Notes: generated from the sequence alone by a model not told the origin. A stretch of DNA of 64,000 nt from Sandaracinaceae bacterium (GCA_044220955.1 JBGAQA010000029.1:1-64000); one strand, 5' to 3'; counted from the first letter of the stretch, positions 31,226 to 44,603 are shown. Program-made: numbers and translations.

Positions 31226-32614
31226 CTACTTCTTGTCCGTCTTCGGCGGGCGCGAGGGCTTCTTCTCGCCGTTCTTCGCGCCCTCTTGTGGCTGGAACGC
31301 GGCGCGCGCGAGGCCACGCACGCTCCCGCGCGGCGTCGCATGGGGCGTGACCTGCTCGTCGCGCGGGGCGCCGCTCACGGAGCGTCGGGCGCCGTTCGGC
31401 CTCGGCGTCGCCGCGAGCACGTCGCGCGCGCGCGCGAGGGTCCGCGTCCGGGTGTCGGCTGCGCGCGCCTCTTGCTCCTCGAGATCGGCGACGATGGAGC
31501 GGAGCGCCGACTCGGTCGCCGCGCGCGACATCTCGGCTTGCTCCGCGCTCGCGCGCGCGGCCACCTCCGCGGCCCGCGCGCCCTCGAGATCCCCGAGGCG
31601 CGTCACGACCTGCTGCTCCGCCTGCTCGGTCGCCCGGCGCTGCGCCTCGAGCTCGCGCTCGAGCTCGCCCGTGCGGGCCATCAGTCGCGACACCTCCGCC
31701 TCGAGCCCCGTCGCTCGCCTGCGCGCGGCCTCGAGGTCGGCGGCGGCCTTCTGGCTGTCCCACTCCGCGGCGAAGATCCGCTGCTCGATGTCGTGCAGCT
31801 GGGTCGTCAGCTCCTCGGCGCGCGTCTCGGCCACCGTGAGGCGCATCGCGGCGCGCGCGTGCTCGTCCTTCTCGTTGCCGAGGCTCCTCTCGAGCTCCGC
31901 GACGCGCGCCTTGGCGCTCTCGAGCTCGCTGGCGCGCGCGCTCGCCTCCGCACGGTGCAGGTGGAGCTCCTCCTCGCGCTTCTGGCCGTCCGAGACACCC
32001 GAGCGCAGGGCGAGGAGCTCGGCCTCGAGCTGCGTGATGCGCTCGACCGAGCCCGTGGTCTCGAGCTTCGCCGCCGTCGCGGCCTGCTCCATGCGAGATG
32101 CCGTCGCTTCGGCGTCCCTCGCGCGCGCCTCGGCGGCGCGGAGCTTCTCGCTAGCGGCCCGTAGCTTCTCGTCGGTGGCGAAGAGCGCCTCCTGGAGCTG
32201 TCGCGCGCGCGCCTCGCCCGCCTGCGCGACCGCCGCCTCCTTCTGCCCACCGCGGGCACGCAGCTCGAGCAGCTGCGACTCGAGGCTGGCGACACGCTGG
32301 GCCAGCGCGTCGGCGGCGACCTCGCTCATCCGTCGCTTCGCGTCCGCGTCGCACACCTTCACGAACATCTCGCCCAGCACCGTCGCGTCGCGCGCGCGCG
32401 CCTCGCGCTCTCTGGCGAGCTCGGCCGCGAGCTCGCTCGGCGCCTGCGTCATCGCCGGGGCTGGACCGCCGAGGGCCGGGGGCCGGACGATCCCCGGGAT
32501 ACGGGGCATCCCCGGAGCGGTCGCCTCGGCACGGGGATCCCGGCGCCCGGGGGGACGCGCCTCGCGCGCTACGGAGGGTCCGCGCGAGGGCGGCGGCTTC
32601 CTGGAGTGGGTCAC
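31226..32614 (-). CDS. Long coiled-coil protein (start uncertain)
   Basis: About 330 aa of A/E/R/L heptads between Pro-rich termini; downstream of envC. Confidence 0.65.
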   Translation of the reverse strand: MTHSRKPPPSRGPSVAREARPPGRRDPRAEATAPGMPRIPGIVRPPALGGPAPAMTQAPSELAAELAREREARARDATVLGEMFVKVCDADAKRRMSEVAADALAQRVASLESQLLELRARGGQKEAAVAQAGEARARQLQEALFATDEKLRAASEKLRAAEARARDAEATASRMEQAATAAKLETTGSVERITQLEAELLALRSGVSDGQKREEELHLHRAEASARASELESAKARVAELERSLGNEKDEHARAAMRLTVAETRAEELTTQLHDIEQRIFAAEWDSQKAAADLEAARRRATGLEAEVSRLMARTGELERELEAQRRATEQAEQQVVTRLGDLEGARAAEVAARASAEQAEMSRAATESALRSIVADLEEQEARAADTRTRTLARARDVLAATPRPNGARRSVSGAPRDEQVTPHATPRGSVRGLARAAFQPQEGAKNGEKKPSRPPKTDKK

Positions 32615-32702
32615 GTTCGAGGTACGAGTCTGCCACAGACCGGCTCGTTTCCGATCGGGCAGAGAGCACTCGCCCCGGAGCCCGCGCCCCGTCCGGGGCC
32701 GG

Positions 32703-33704
32703 TCAGATGCCGAGCCAGGCGTGCGCGTCGAGGGGACGCGTGCCCCGCCGGACCTGGAAGAAGATCGGGGAGGCGCCGACCGAGCCGACGCGACCGGCGC
32801 GCGGCATCTCGTCACCGACCTGCGCGTCGATCGCGCCGAGGCCGCCGTACACCGTGAAGAAGCTGCTGCCGTGGTCGATGATCACGAGCGAGCCGTAGCC
32901 CGGGTGGCGATCGGCGTAGGCCACGCGGCCGGCCGCGCCGGCGCGCACCGTGGCGCCGCGGGTACCGACCAGCTCGATGCCCGAGCCCTCGTCGCGGCGC
33001 GCGTCTCGCATGCTGGTCGGCGCCGCGACCGGCAGGGCCAGCTCGCCGCGCTGGGCCTCGAACGGGCTCGAACCGGCGCCCTCGGCGCCGTCGGAGAAGC
33101 GGATCCCGAAGCCCTCGTCGCCGCTGGACAGCGAGATCGAGCCGCCGCCCGGGGGGACGTCCACGGCGCCCGCGAGGGCCACGTCGAAGGCCGAGAGCTG
33201 CGCGCCCGCCTCGAGGAGTTGCGCCTTCTCGGCCTCGAGCGCCGAGACGCGCGCCCGCGCCGAGGCCAGGCGTGCCGCGGCGGTCTCGGTCTCCTCGCGG
33301 AGCGCCGCCTCGTGTCGCGTCAGCTCGTGCATCTCCTCGACGTCGCGCTCGAGCATCCGCTCGAGGCGCTCGACGCGCGCAGCATGACCGAGGAGCGCGT
33401 CGAACCCGCCAGCCACCGGGAGCACCCCGGCGCGCGTGAGGCGATAGAGCGCCCGCGTGCGGCCCGTCAGCCGGCGGCTCCCGTCCTCGCGCGCCGTTCC
33501 GATGCCGCCGAGCTCGGCCTGCACCCGCGCGCCGTCGGCCTCGGCCTGCTCGACCTCGGAGAGCGCCTGCGCGATCTCCACGTCGATCTGCGTCAGGCGC
33601 GTGATCGTGTCGACCGCCGCGAGCGGCTCGCCCTGACCGTGCGCGGGCGCCGCGACGAGGCCGAGCGAGAGGGCCAGTACGGTGAGCGTCGTACGCGTGC
33701 GCAT
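32703..33704 (-). CDS. envC: EnvC-like murein hydrolase activator (signal peptide, coiled coil, degenerate M23/LytM)
   Basis: Follows ftsX; RGELALPV, GIEL, GYGSLVIIDHG, F.VR; Zn ligands absent. Confidence 0.8.
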   Translation of the reverse strand: MRTRTTLTVLALSLGLVAAPAHGQGEPLAAVDTITRLTQIDVEIAQALSEVEQAEADGARVQAELGGIGTAREDGSRRLTGRTRALYRLTRAGVLPVAGGFDALLGHAARVERLERMLERDVEEMHELTRHEAALREETETAAARLASARARVSALEAEKAQLLEAGAQLSAFDVALAGAVDVPPGGGSISLSSGDEGFGIRFSDGAEGAGSSPFEAQRGELALPVAAPTSMRDARRDEGSGIELVGTRGATVRAGAAGRVAYADRHPGYGSLVIIDHGSSFFTVYGGLGAIDAQVGDEMPRAGRVGSVGASPIFFQVRRGTRPLDAHAWLGI

Positions 33705-33720
33705 GGCGTCCTCGTGACTC

Positions 33721-34596
33721 TCAGACGGTGAGGTAGCGGCGGAGCGAGACGGCGCTGCCCAGCGCGCCGATGACGCCGCCGAGCAAGAGCACGCCCAGCG
33801 CGAAGAGCGGCGGCATGAAGGACGTGCGCACGCCTGCGAGCGTGGCGAACACGCCATCGATCCGATCGTGCAGGCCGAGGTAGAGAGCCAGCAAGACGCC
33901 GATCGCGAGCAGCGCGGAGACGAAGCCCTGCGCGGCGCCCTCGACGATGAAGGGGCCACGCACGAACGAGTCGCTCGCGCCGCAGAGCTTCATGACCTCG
34001 ATCTCCTTGCGCCGGCCGGTGACGGCGAGGCGGATCGTGCTGCCGACGACGAAGAGCACGGAGAGCAGGACGAGCAGCGTCATCCCGCTCGCGGCTCCGC
34101 GTCCGGCGGCCACGAGCGCCTCGAGCTGGTGGAACCAGCCCTGGTAGGTCTCGACGTCCTCCACGACGGCGAAGCTCGTCACGCGCTCGGCGATGCGCTC
34201 GGCGTTGGCGCTGCCCTCGGCGAGCGTGACCTCGAGCGAGGCGGGGAACGCGTCGGCGGGGAGCGCGGCCAGGCCCGACGAGCCGGCCGCGTCCGAGAGG
34301 AACTGCGTGCGCGCGTCCTCGGAGCTGACGTAGTCCACCGTCGCCACGCCCTGCACGCCCTCGAGCGCCATGCGCAGCTGGGCGACGTCGTCCTGCGCCG
34401 CCCCGTCGCGCAGGAAGATGGTCATGCGGGCCGTCTGGCCCCAGCGGTCCGCGACGCGTCCGAGGTTGGTCATCGCGAGCAGGGTCGCGCCGAGGCAGAA
34501 GAACGCGATGGTCAGGCTCGAGATCGCGACGAGGTGCAGGCGTGCTTCCTCGCGCATTCCGCGGGCGGCGCGAGTGATGGCTTGTCCGAGATCCAT
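33721..34596 (-). CDS. ftsX: Cell division permease FtsX
   Basis: FPASLEV, STIRLAV..RRKEIEVMKLCGASDSFVRGPFIVEG. Confidence 0.93.
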   Translation of the reverse strand: MDLGQAITRAARGMREEARLHLVAISSLTIAFFCLGATLLAMTNLGRVADRWGQTARMTIFLRDGAAQDDVAQLRMALEGVQGVATVDYVSSEDARTQFLSDAAGSSGLAALPADAFPASLEVTLAEGSANAERIAERVTSFAVVEDVETYQGWFHQLEALVAAGRGAASGMTLLVLLSVLFVVGSTIRLAVTGRRKEIEVMKLCGASDSFVRGPFIVEGAAQGFVSALLAIGVLLALYLGLHDRIDGVFATLAGVRTSFMPPLFALGVLLLGGVIGALGSAVSLRRYLTV

Positions 34597-34619
34597 GTCC
34601 GGGTTCCCCTTGCCGCGCC

Positions 34620-35504
<885 letters not shown>

Positions 35505-35585
35505 GCCTCGCGGGTAACAGAGTGCGCGCGGAGGGGGCAAGAAACCGGCGGTGCCAGCGGCGGCGCCTGCCCGCTCGAGCGGCGA

Positions 35586-37637
<2,052 letters not shown>

Positions 37638-37649
37638 GGAGCCGCGACC

Positions 37650-38783
37650 TCAGCGACCGAACCAGCGGGCTCGGCGGGTGGCGCCGAACGCGTCCTTGTC
37701 CGCGCGCAGCGCGAGGGAGGGCTCCTGGTACGTGCCGGTCGGCTTGGGCCCGGAGAAGAAGTCGACGTCGACGCGCGAGATGCGCCCCTCGCCGAGCTCG
37801 ACGTAGCAGGAGCCGGCTCCCGGGTTTCGTGCCGTGGGAGTCTCGCCTCGCAGCGTCGAGAGGATGTTGGCTGCCACGACGCGCGCGGCCGTCTCGGAGA
37901 ACACGCCTGCCTTCGGCGCGCCGGTGTTGGCGAGGTCTCCGAGGGCGTACACCCCGGGGTGGGGTGTCTCGAGCGTACGCGGATCGACCTTGACCCATCC
38001 GTTCTCCGCCATGCCCGCGGCGACGACGACATCGGGCGCGCGGTTCTTCGGCACGCCGAGGAACAGATCACAGGGCAGCTCCCGGCCGTCGTCGAGCGTG
38101 ATCGCTCGGCGCGCGGCATCGACCGAGGTGACGCGACGGTCCGGCACGAAGTCGATGTTCTTGGCGCCGAACTCCGCGAGGAGCGCCCTGGACATCTCGG
38201 GGGAGGGCGGCACGGGGCTGGGCAGAGGGTGCACGAGCGTGATGTGGCAGTCCCCCCGCACACCACGCCGAGACAGCTCGTCGTGGAGCAAGAGCGCGCA
38301 CTCGCTCGGCGCCGGCGGGCACTTGAAGGGCGCTCCGCAGATGCCGATCACCGCGTGGCCCCTGGTGAACGTCGGGATGACACCTGCCAGGTGCGCGGCA
38401 CCGGCCATCGAATAGAACTCGTTCACGCCCAGCGTGATGCCCGGCGTGCCGGAGACGTCGTAGTCGGCGCCGAGCGCGATGACCAGGATGTCGGTGTCGT
38501 GCGTGCCCGCGTCGGTCGTCACGCGGCGGCCCCTCGGGTCGATCGCCGTGACGGTCTCGCGTCGCAGCTGCACGCCGGGCTTGCGGAAGTCCCGGTACGG
38601 GAGCGCCACGGACGATGCGCTCGCCCGCCCGAACATCACGTCGAGCTTCGAGAACCCGAACGCGAACGACTCGCCCTTCTCGATCACCGTCACGCCCGCG
38701 TCCTCGCCGAGCGCCTCCGAGAGCGAGGTGCTCAGCTCGAGGCCGGCGAACCCGGCGCCCAGGATGACGATGCGAGACTTCAT
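37650..38783 (-). CDS. Sulfide:quinone oxidoreductase-like flavoprotein
   Basis: ILGAGFAG, FKCPPAPSE, YALGD, PKAGVF, GSCYVE. Confidence 0.8.
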   Translation of the reverse strand: MKSRIVILGAGFAGLELSTSLSEALGEDAGVTVIEKGESFAFGFSKLDVMFGRASASSVALPYRDFRKPGVQLRRETVTAIDPRGRRVTTDAGTHDTDILVIALGADYDVSGTPGITLGVNEFYSMAGAAHLAGVIPTFTRGHAVIGICGAPFKCPPAPSECALLLHDELSRRGVRGDCHITLVHPLPSPVPPSPEMSRALLAEFGAKNIDFVPDRRVTSVDAARRAITLDDGRELPCDLFLGVPKNRAPDVVVAAGMAENGWVKVDPRTLETPHPGVYALGDLANTGAPKAGVFSETAARVVAANILSTLRGETPTARNPGAGSCYVELGEGRISRVDVDFFSGPKPTGTYQEPSLALRADKDAFGATRRARWFGR

Positions 38784-38879
38784 GGCTCGGAGCTCCGCGA
38801 GTGTGGTCGAGACGCGACCATGTCTACACGATCGGAAGCCCGGCGCGCGACCCGAATGCCGCGGGCGCGGCAGGGGACG

Positions 38880-40085
38880 TCAGCGCGGCGGATCGATCGT
38901 CGTGTCCGCGAGCAGCGCCGCCACCCTCGAGCGCGCGATCAGCTCGTCCCAGCGCGACGGCCCTTCGAGGAGCGTCGTCAACGCCAGGGGGTCGGGATCG
39001 GCGCCGAAGGGCGATCCGAACGCGTGCGTCAACATCCGCTCGGTCTGCTTGCCGTGGGGCGAGAAGCCCCAGATCGCCTCCTGCGACACGTCGTCGAGGC
39101 TCGCGTAGTAGCGCCACACGAAGAAGCCCGCGAACCACTCCTCCGGCACGAAGGTCGACAGGCTCGCCTCGAGCGCGCGCGACTGCTCTTCCTCGCTGTA
39201 CGCGACGTCCGTCATCCCGTCGGGCCAGAGCCAGGGCTCGACCGCCGCGTCGCGTCGCGTCGTGTATCCCACCTCGACGAAGACCACCGGCATGTCGAGC
39301 GTCTCGCTGATGTCCAGGACGGCGTCGCGCGCCTCTCGCGCGCCTGCGAGGTACTCGTCGTAGGTGGCGCCCTCGTGGTGCGCGAGCGGGTAGAACGCGT
39401 TGATGCCGATCAGATCCAAGCGATCCCAGAAGAGCACGGCCTCCGCCTCGTCCCAGTTCGCGCTGTAGGTGAGCAGCCCCGGGTACGCGCCGCGCACGTC
39501 GTCGATGAAGGACGCCCAGAACGCGCCGAAGCGGCCCGACCACGACTTGCACTCGACGCCGATGGAGAGCGCATCCACCTCCATCGCGGCCGCGTCGCGC
39601 GCCCAGGCGAGCACGAACGCGCGGTAGCTCGCCTGGTAGTCGCGCCAGCCTTGCTCCGTGCCGGGATCGATCTCGCCGCGCCAGCCCGTCTCGCTCCACA
39701 CCCAGAGGTGCGGTACCAGCAGCACCCGGATGCCGCGCGCGTGCGCCTGCTCGACGAAGCGCGCGATCGCGATCCGGTTCTCGCCGTAGGGCGCCTCGAA
39801 GTCCATGTAGATCTCGGAGCTCTCCAGCGACCAGATCCGGCCGAAGGGGGTCACCGAGACCCACGTCACGCCCATTCGCGCGAGCTCGTCGAGCAGCGCA
39901 GCCGAGTACTCCGTCCCGTAGCCGCGACCGGGCCACTGCGAGTTCTCGATCGGGCCCACCGTCACGCCGCGGATCGCGCCGATGCCGGCGTCGCGAAAGC
40001 CGAGGCGCCCACGCGGAAGCCGCTGCGCGGCTGCGGCGCTCGCGGCGGCAAGGACGAACCCGAGCGCGAGTACGAGGGGGCGCAC
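38880..40085 (-). CDS. Secreted TIM-barrel glycoside hydrolase (GH113-like)
   Basis: Signal peptide; PHLW, WRGEI, SIGVE, TYSANWD, IGINAFYPL, FVEVGY. Confidence 0.8.
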   Translation of the reverse strand: MRPLVLALGFVLAAASAAAAQRLPRGRLGFRDAGIGAIRGVTVGPIENSQWPGRGYGTEYSAALLDELARMGVTWVSVTPFGRIWSLESSEIYMDFEAPYGENRIAIARFVEQAHARGIRVLLVPHLWVWSETGWRGEIDPGTEQGWRDYQASYRAFVLAWARDAAAMEVDALSIGVECKSWSGRFGAFWASFIDDVRGAYPGLLTYSANWDEAEAVLFWDRLDLIGINAFYPLAHHEGATYDEYLAGAREARDAVLDISETLDMPVVFVEVGYTTRRDAAVEPWLWPDGMTDVAYSEEEQSRALEASLSTFVPEEWFAGFFVWRYYASLDDVSQEAIWGFSPHGKQTERMLTHAFGSPFGADPDPLALTTLLEGPSRWDELIARSRVAALLADTTIDPPR

Positions 40086-40086
40086 G

Positions 40087-42321
40087 TCAGGGGAACGCGG
40101 CGAGCTGGATCCTGAAGTCGCTCGCCTCGGCCTCCCGCATCTCCACGAAGACGTAGTAGATGCCGGCCGAGAGCGCGCTCGCCGTGCCCACGTGCGCCGT
40201 GCCGTGGCCCGTTCCGCACGCGAGGTCCACGCCCGCGCCGCACTCGTCGCGCAGGGTCAGCCAGACGTCCCGCGTACCGCTCGGCACGGTGAACGCGTCG
40301 ATGCTCACGTTCATCGCGGAGGCGAGCGTGAACGAGTAGAACGCGTCGACCAGGCCGGTCGCGGTGCAGGCGCCGCCGCGCAGGTCGTCCGCGAACGCCA
40401 CCAGCGTGTCGCGCGGGCGCGAGTCGAGCGGCACGGCGAGCGCGATCGCCGTGCTGCAGACGTCGTTCGCGGGAGGCATCGTCGGCGGGGCGAGGGTCAC
40501 GCTCGCGCTCAGCGTGCCGCTCGAGGCGCTCGTCTGCGCGGTGATCCAGTACTCGCCGGCCGGGAGCGCGTGGAAGCTCTGCGCGAGCGGCGAAGAGCCG
40601 GAGCGGCAGCGCAGCTCGGCGGTCCGGTCCCCGCACGCGGTGCCGAGCGCCGCCCCGTGCGTTCCGGCGCTCGAGGTCGAGATCGTGACGTCGTGAGGTG
40701 CCGTCAGCGTGAAGTGGAAGTACGCGTCGCGCGTGCCGCTCGCGCCGCCGCACGTCGTGCCCGAGTCGTACTCGAGCGAGGACAGGAGCACGCTCGCCAT
40801 GCCGCTCGTGCTCGTGCCCACGGGCGTCACGTCGAACGCGGACGAGCACGCGTCGCCGGCGTTCCTCGGCGCGGGCGGATCGGTGAACGTGAAGGTGAGG
40901 GACCAGCCCGCGGCGCTCGCGTCGGTCGGCTCGAGGAGCACGTAGTACGTGCCCGGGCCCAGCGTGCGCAGGGCGAGGGAAGGCGCGCTCGCGGGGGTGC
41001 ACACGATCGCCGTCGAGGCCGTGCTGCAGTCGGTCGTGAGCGCCATGAAGAGCCGGCCCGTCGTCGTGCCGGTCATCGTGCTCCCGGTGATCGACACGTC
41101 GCGCATGTGACCCGCCGGGATGGTGAAGCGGTACGCCGCGTCGCTCGCCGCGGTCGCGTGGCAGGAGAGCGTGTAGTCGTCGCCGACGTCCTCGAAGCGC
41201 CCGGTGAACGTCCCGCCGGCGGACACGTCCGTGGTCGTCCCGTCGCAGCGATCGACCGGCGGGAGCGCCGTCGGGTCGGAGAGCTCGATCCGCAGGTCGA
41301 ACGCGGTCTCGCGCGGGGTCCGCACGATCAGGGCCCAGGTCCCGGCGCCGAGGCTCCGGTGGTTGAAGACCGTCGGCGACGCGCCCGCGCAGCGGAGGTC
41401 GGGTCCCGCGGCGCACGCGGCGAAGGGGCGCAGCGCCACCGCCGCTCCGCTCACGCCGCTGACCGTCACGCGGATGTCGTGCGTCTCGGAGAGGGTGAAG
41501 CGGAACACGGCGTCCGGGCCCGTCGGGCCGCAGCTCAGCCCGTAGCTCGTCGCCAGCCCGGCGGTCGACCCCGAGAAGGAGCCGCCCGTGGGCCCGAGGC
41601 GCAGGATGGTCGCCTGCGCGCAGGTGTCGTTCGTCGGGATGCAGCTCGAGTCGTCGTAGTCGCGCAGGCCGTCGCAGTTGTCGTCGCGGTGGTTGTCGCA
41701 GACCTCGACGGCGCCCGGCAGCACGTCGGCGGAGTAGTCGTCGCAGTCCCGTCCGCCGCAGGTGCCCGCGACGAAGCCGTCGTGGTCGAGGTCACGCGCC
41801 GTGAACACGCAGCCACGCGTGTCGTCGCACGCGTCGAGCGTGCACGCGCTCTCGTCGTTGCAGACCAGCGGCGGCACGCTCGAGCAGCCGCGCGTCGCGT
41901 CGCAGAGCTCGTAGCCGTTGCACGCCAGGTGGTCCGAGCACGACGCGTGGTCGGGCACGTGGACGCAGCGATCGGCCTCCTCGAGGCAGGCGTCGGTGGT
42001 GCAGTCGACCGTGTCCGCGCAGGGGGCCGCGCCCGCCGCGCAGCGCCCGGCCGTGCAGAGCTCGAGGCCGTTGCAGAAGCAGCCGTCCTGGCACTCGCCC
42101 GCGGCGATGCACGCGACGCCGATCGTCCGTCCGGGCGTCTCGCACGTGTCGAGCACCGGATCGGGGAAGCCCGCGTCGAGCGTCGGGAGGTTCGCGTCGA
42201 CGCCCGAGTCGGTGGTCAGGAAAGACGCGTCCGGGTGGACCGGCGTCGAGCTCGCGGTGCAGCCGCTCGCCGCGAGAGCCACGACGAGGGAGATCCCCGC
42301 GATGCGTCCGACGTCGGTCAC
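40087..42321 (-). CDS. Cys-rich lipoprotein with D-rich metal-binding motif and four PPC-like beta-sandwich repeats
   Basis: Lipobox AASGC; DLDHDG..DCDD..PGAVEVCDN..DDNCDG; four ND.C...L.AG.YY repeats. Confidence 0.8.
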   Translation of the reverse strand: MTDVGRIAGISLVVALAASGCTASSTPVHPDASFLTTDSGVDANLPTLDAGFPDPVLDTCETPGRTIGVACIAAGECQDGCFCNGLELCTAGRCAAGAAPCADTVDCTTDACLEEADRCVHVPDHASCSDHLACNGYELCDATRGCSSVPPLVCNDESACTLDACDDTRGCVFTARDLDHDGFVAGTCGGRDCDDYSADVLPGAVEVCDNHRDDNCDGLRDYDDSSCIPTNDTCAQATILRLGPTGGSFSGSTAGLATSYGLSCGPTGPDAVFRFTLSETHDIRVTVSGVSGAAVALRPFAACAAGPDLRCAGASPTVFNHRSLGAGTWALIVRTPRETAFDLRIELSDPTALPPVDRCDGTTTDVSAGGTFTGRFEDVGDDYTLSCHATAASDAAYRFTIPAGHMRDVSITGSTMTGTTTGRLFMALTTDCSTASTAIVCTPASAPSLALRTLGPGTYYVLLEPTDASAAGWSLTFTFTDPPAPRNAGDACSSAFDVTPVGTSTSGMASVLLSSLEYDSGTTCGGASGTRDAYFHFTLTAPHDVTISTSSAGTHGAALGTACGDRTAELRCRSGSSPLAQSFHALPAGEYWITAQTSASSGTLSASVTLAPPTMPPANDVCSTAIALAVPLDSRPRDTLVAFADDLRGGACTATGLVDAFYSFTLASAMNVSIDAFTVPSGTRDVWLTLRDECGAGVDLACGTGHGTAHVGTASALSAGIYYVFVEMREAEASDFRIQLAAFP

Positions 42322-44462
42322 GGCACGGGCGTGATGAACACCTGGAACTCGTAGTTCCCCATCGCCGTCGAGGAGAAGCCGTCGACCACGTAGAAGTACG
42401 TCCCCGGATCGAGCGTCTCGGTGAGCTGGCTCGTCCCGGCGCTCCCGCCGTCGTCGTCGCAGCGCGCCTCCATGCCGGTGCGGCACGTGCCCATGAAGCG
42501 GTAGAGCAGCGTGTCGAACGCGGAGCCCTCGGTCGTCGCGGTGATGCGCGAGCGCGTGGCGAGGTCGAGCCGGAACGCGACGTCGGGCGCCGGCGTCCCG
42601 GTCCCGCAGATCAGGGGATCGTAGTCGTTCGCCATCCCCATCGTGGTCCCGCTCCAGAAGCCCCCCGTCGGCGGGATGATCACGGGGCCGCCGCAGCTGT
42701 CGTTCCCGGTCGCGGGGGTCGGAACGGTGGGCGGCGTCGTCGCGGTGATGTCGATCGTGTACGAGCCGCCGCGCGCTCCCTCGACGATCAGGTAGTACGT
42801 GCCCGCCGCCAGGGCGCGCAGGTGCGAGCTGATGGGCGCGCCGGTCGGGCAGCGCACCTGGGTCCCGGCGTTGTCGCACGTGGTGCGCAGCGACGCGTTC
42901 AGGTACGAGAGGCCTCCGTCCACGTCGATGGTCACGTCGCTCAGTGCCGGGATCGTGAACGAGTGGACCAGCTCCCGGTAGTTGTAGCCGCAGGCCGTGA
43001 CGATGTCGTCCTCGGCGCCCGACATCGTCCCCGTGTAGCGGGTCCCCACGGTCAGCGGGATCGGGGTGGCGCAGAGGTCACCGGTCACGCGCGGCGTGGA
43101 CGGGCCGACGTCCACGCTGAGCGAGAAGTCCGCCTCCACGTAGGACGGGCCCTCGATGAGGATGAAGTACGTCCCCGCCGGGAGCTGGTGCATCGTCCCG
43201 TCGGCCGGCGCGCCGCCGCGGCAGCGCACGGAGCCGGCGGTCGCGTCGCAGGTCGGCCTGACGTCCCAGTACATGTACTGGTTGTCGGGCGAGCTCAGCG
43301 TCACGGTGAGGTTGCTCTCCGTCGGCAGGTCGATCTGGTAGACGAGGTCCGACGCCGGGATGCCGCTGCACGACAGGGTCACGTCGTCGTGTCCGTCGAC
43401 GAAGCTGCCCGTGTAGCGGCCACCGGTCGGGGGGATGAGCGTGGGCGCGGCGCACGTCTCGTTGGTCGGAGGCGGCGTCGGATCGGTCAGCTGCACGTCG
43501 AGCAGGACGTCGCCCGTGCCTTGCACGATGAGGTAGTAGGTGCCGGCGGCGAGCGCGCGGTGGCGGATCTCGCCGGGGTAGCCGTCGTCGCACTCGATCT
43601 CGGTCGTCGCATCGACGCACGTGGTGCGCAGCGCCACCTGAGCCGTCGCGAGATCGCCCTCGGCCGTGATGCGCACGTCGTGCGGCTCCGTGAGCGTGAG
43701 CGTCGCGACGACGTCCGGGTGCGCCGAGAACGAGCAGTTCAGCCGGTAGTCCGCGCTCGCGCCTCCGACGCGCAGGTCCATCGTTCCCGATCCCGTGATC
43801 GGGAAGGGATCGCCGCACGTGTCGTGCGCCGGGCGGCCGCAGAGCGGCATGCCGCCGTCGGCGCTGCCGCCGTCGCCGCCGTCGGCGCCGCCGCCGTCGA
43901 GGCCGCTGCCCTCGTCGGTCGTCCCGTCGCAGTCGTTGTCGATCGTGTCGTCGCAGATCTCGGGGGCGACGCCGCTGCGCGTCGGATCACGGTCGTCGCA
44001 GTCGGTGCCGTGCTCGCAGAAGAAGTCCGGATCGCCGTCCTCGTCGAGGTCGCGCGGTCGGTGCTCGCACGTCTTGGTGGCCTCGACGCAGCGGTCGAGC
44101 GTGCAGACGTCGTTGTCGTCGCAGGACTCGTGCGTGACGACGTGCTCGCAGCCCAGCCGGAAGTCGCAGAACTCGGGGCCGTTGCAGAAGATCCCGTCGT
44201 CGCAGCGCCCGTGATCGGCCGTGTGCTCGCAGGTCAGGAACCCCGGCAGGCATCGATCGTTGGTGCACGAGAGATGATCGTCGCAGTCGCCGTCCACCGT
44301 GCAGGGCACGCTGCCGTCCCGCGGGCTCGTCGCGGCGTCGGTGCCACCGTCGTGCGGCGGAGTCACCGGGCTGTCGCAGCCGGCGGACACCGCTCCGAGG
44401 ACGGAGACGAGCGCGCAAGCGAGGAGCGGCGCGAGCCGCGAGGAACGGTGCAAAGAAGTCAT
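42318..44462 (-). CDS. Paralogous Cys-rich lipoprotein with four PPC-like repeats
   Basis: Lipobox VSAGC; FCNG.E.C, DLDEDGD..DCDD..EICDD..DNDCDG; four repeats. Confidence 0.82.
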   Translation of the reverse strand: MTSLHRSSRLAPLLACALVSVLGAVSAGCDSPVTPPHDGGTDAATSPRDGSVPCTVDGDCDDHLSCTNDRCLPGFLTCEHTADHGRCDDGIFCNGPEFCDFRLGCEHVVTHESCDDNDVCTLDRCVEATKTCEHRPRDLDEDGDPDFFCEHGTDCDDRDPTRSGVAPEICDDTIDNDCDGTTDEGSGLDGGGADGGDGGSADGGMPLCGRPAHDTCGDPFPITGSGTMDLRVGGASADYRLNCSFSAHPDVVATLTLTEPHDVRITAEGDLATAQVALRTTCVDATTEIECDDGYPGEIRHRALAAGTYYLIVQGTGDVLLDVQLTDPTPPPTNETCAAPTLIPPTGGRYTGSFVDGHDDVTLSCSGIPASDLVYQIDLPTESNLTVTLSSPDNQYMYWDVRPTCDATAGSVRCRGGAPADGTMHQLPAGTYFILIEGPSYVEADFSLSVDVGPSTPRVTGDLCATPIPLTVGTRYTGTMSGAEDDIVTACGYNYRELVHSFTIPALSDVTIDVDGGLSYLNASLRTTCDNAGTQVRCPTGAPISSHLRALAAGTYYLIVEGARGGSYTIDITATTPPTVPTPATGNDSCGGPVIIPPTGGFWSGTTMGMANDYDPLICGTGTPAPDVAFRLDLATRSRITATTEGSAFDTLLYRFMGTCRTGMEARCDDDGGSAGTSQLTETLDPGTYFYVVDGFSSTAMGNYEFQVFITPVP

Positions 44463-44603
44463 GGCAGGCCGATGCGTCCCGAGGCGCACTGGATACTACA
44501 CGTGGCTCGTGGACGGGGCACGCGGGCCCGGGAGGGCGGTCTCGGGCAAGACGAAACGCGCCGCGCCTTGACGGCCCCCCACCCCGGGGAACAGGCTCCT
44601 GCC

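Noticed and set aside
32703..33100. M23 domain lacking Zn ligands as a pseudogene
   Set aside because: Degenerate LytM is the expected state for EnvC-type activators
40087..44462. TraA/TraB kin-recognition locus
   Set aside because: No PA14-like domain, MYXO-CTERM or OmpA/beta-barrel partner recognisable
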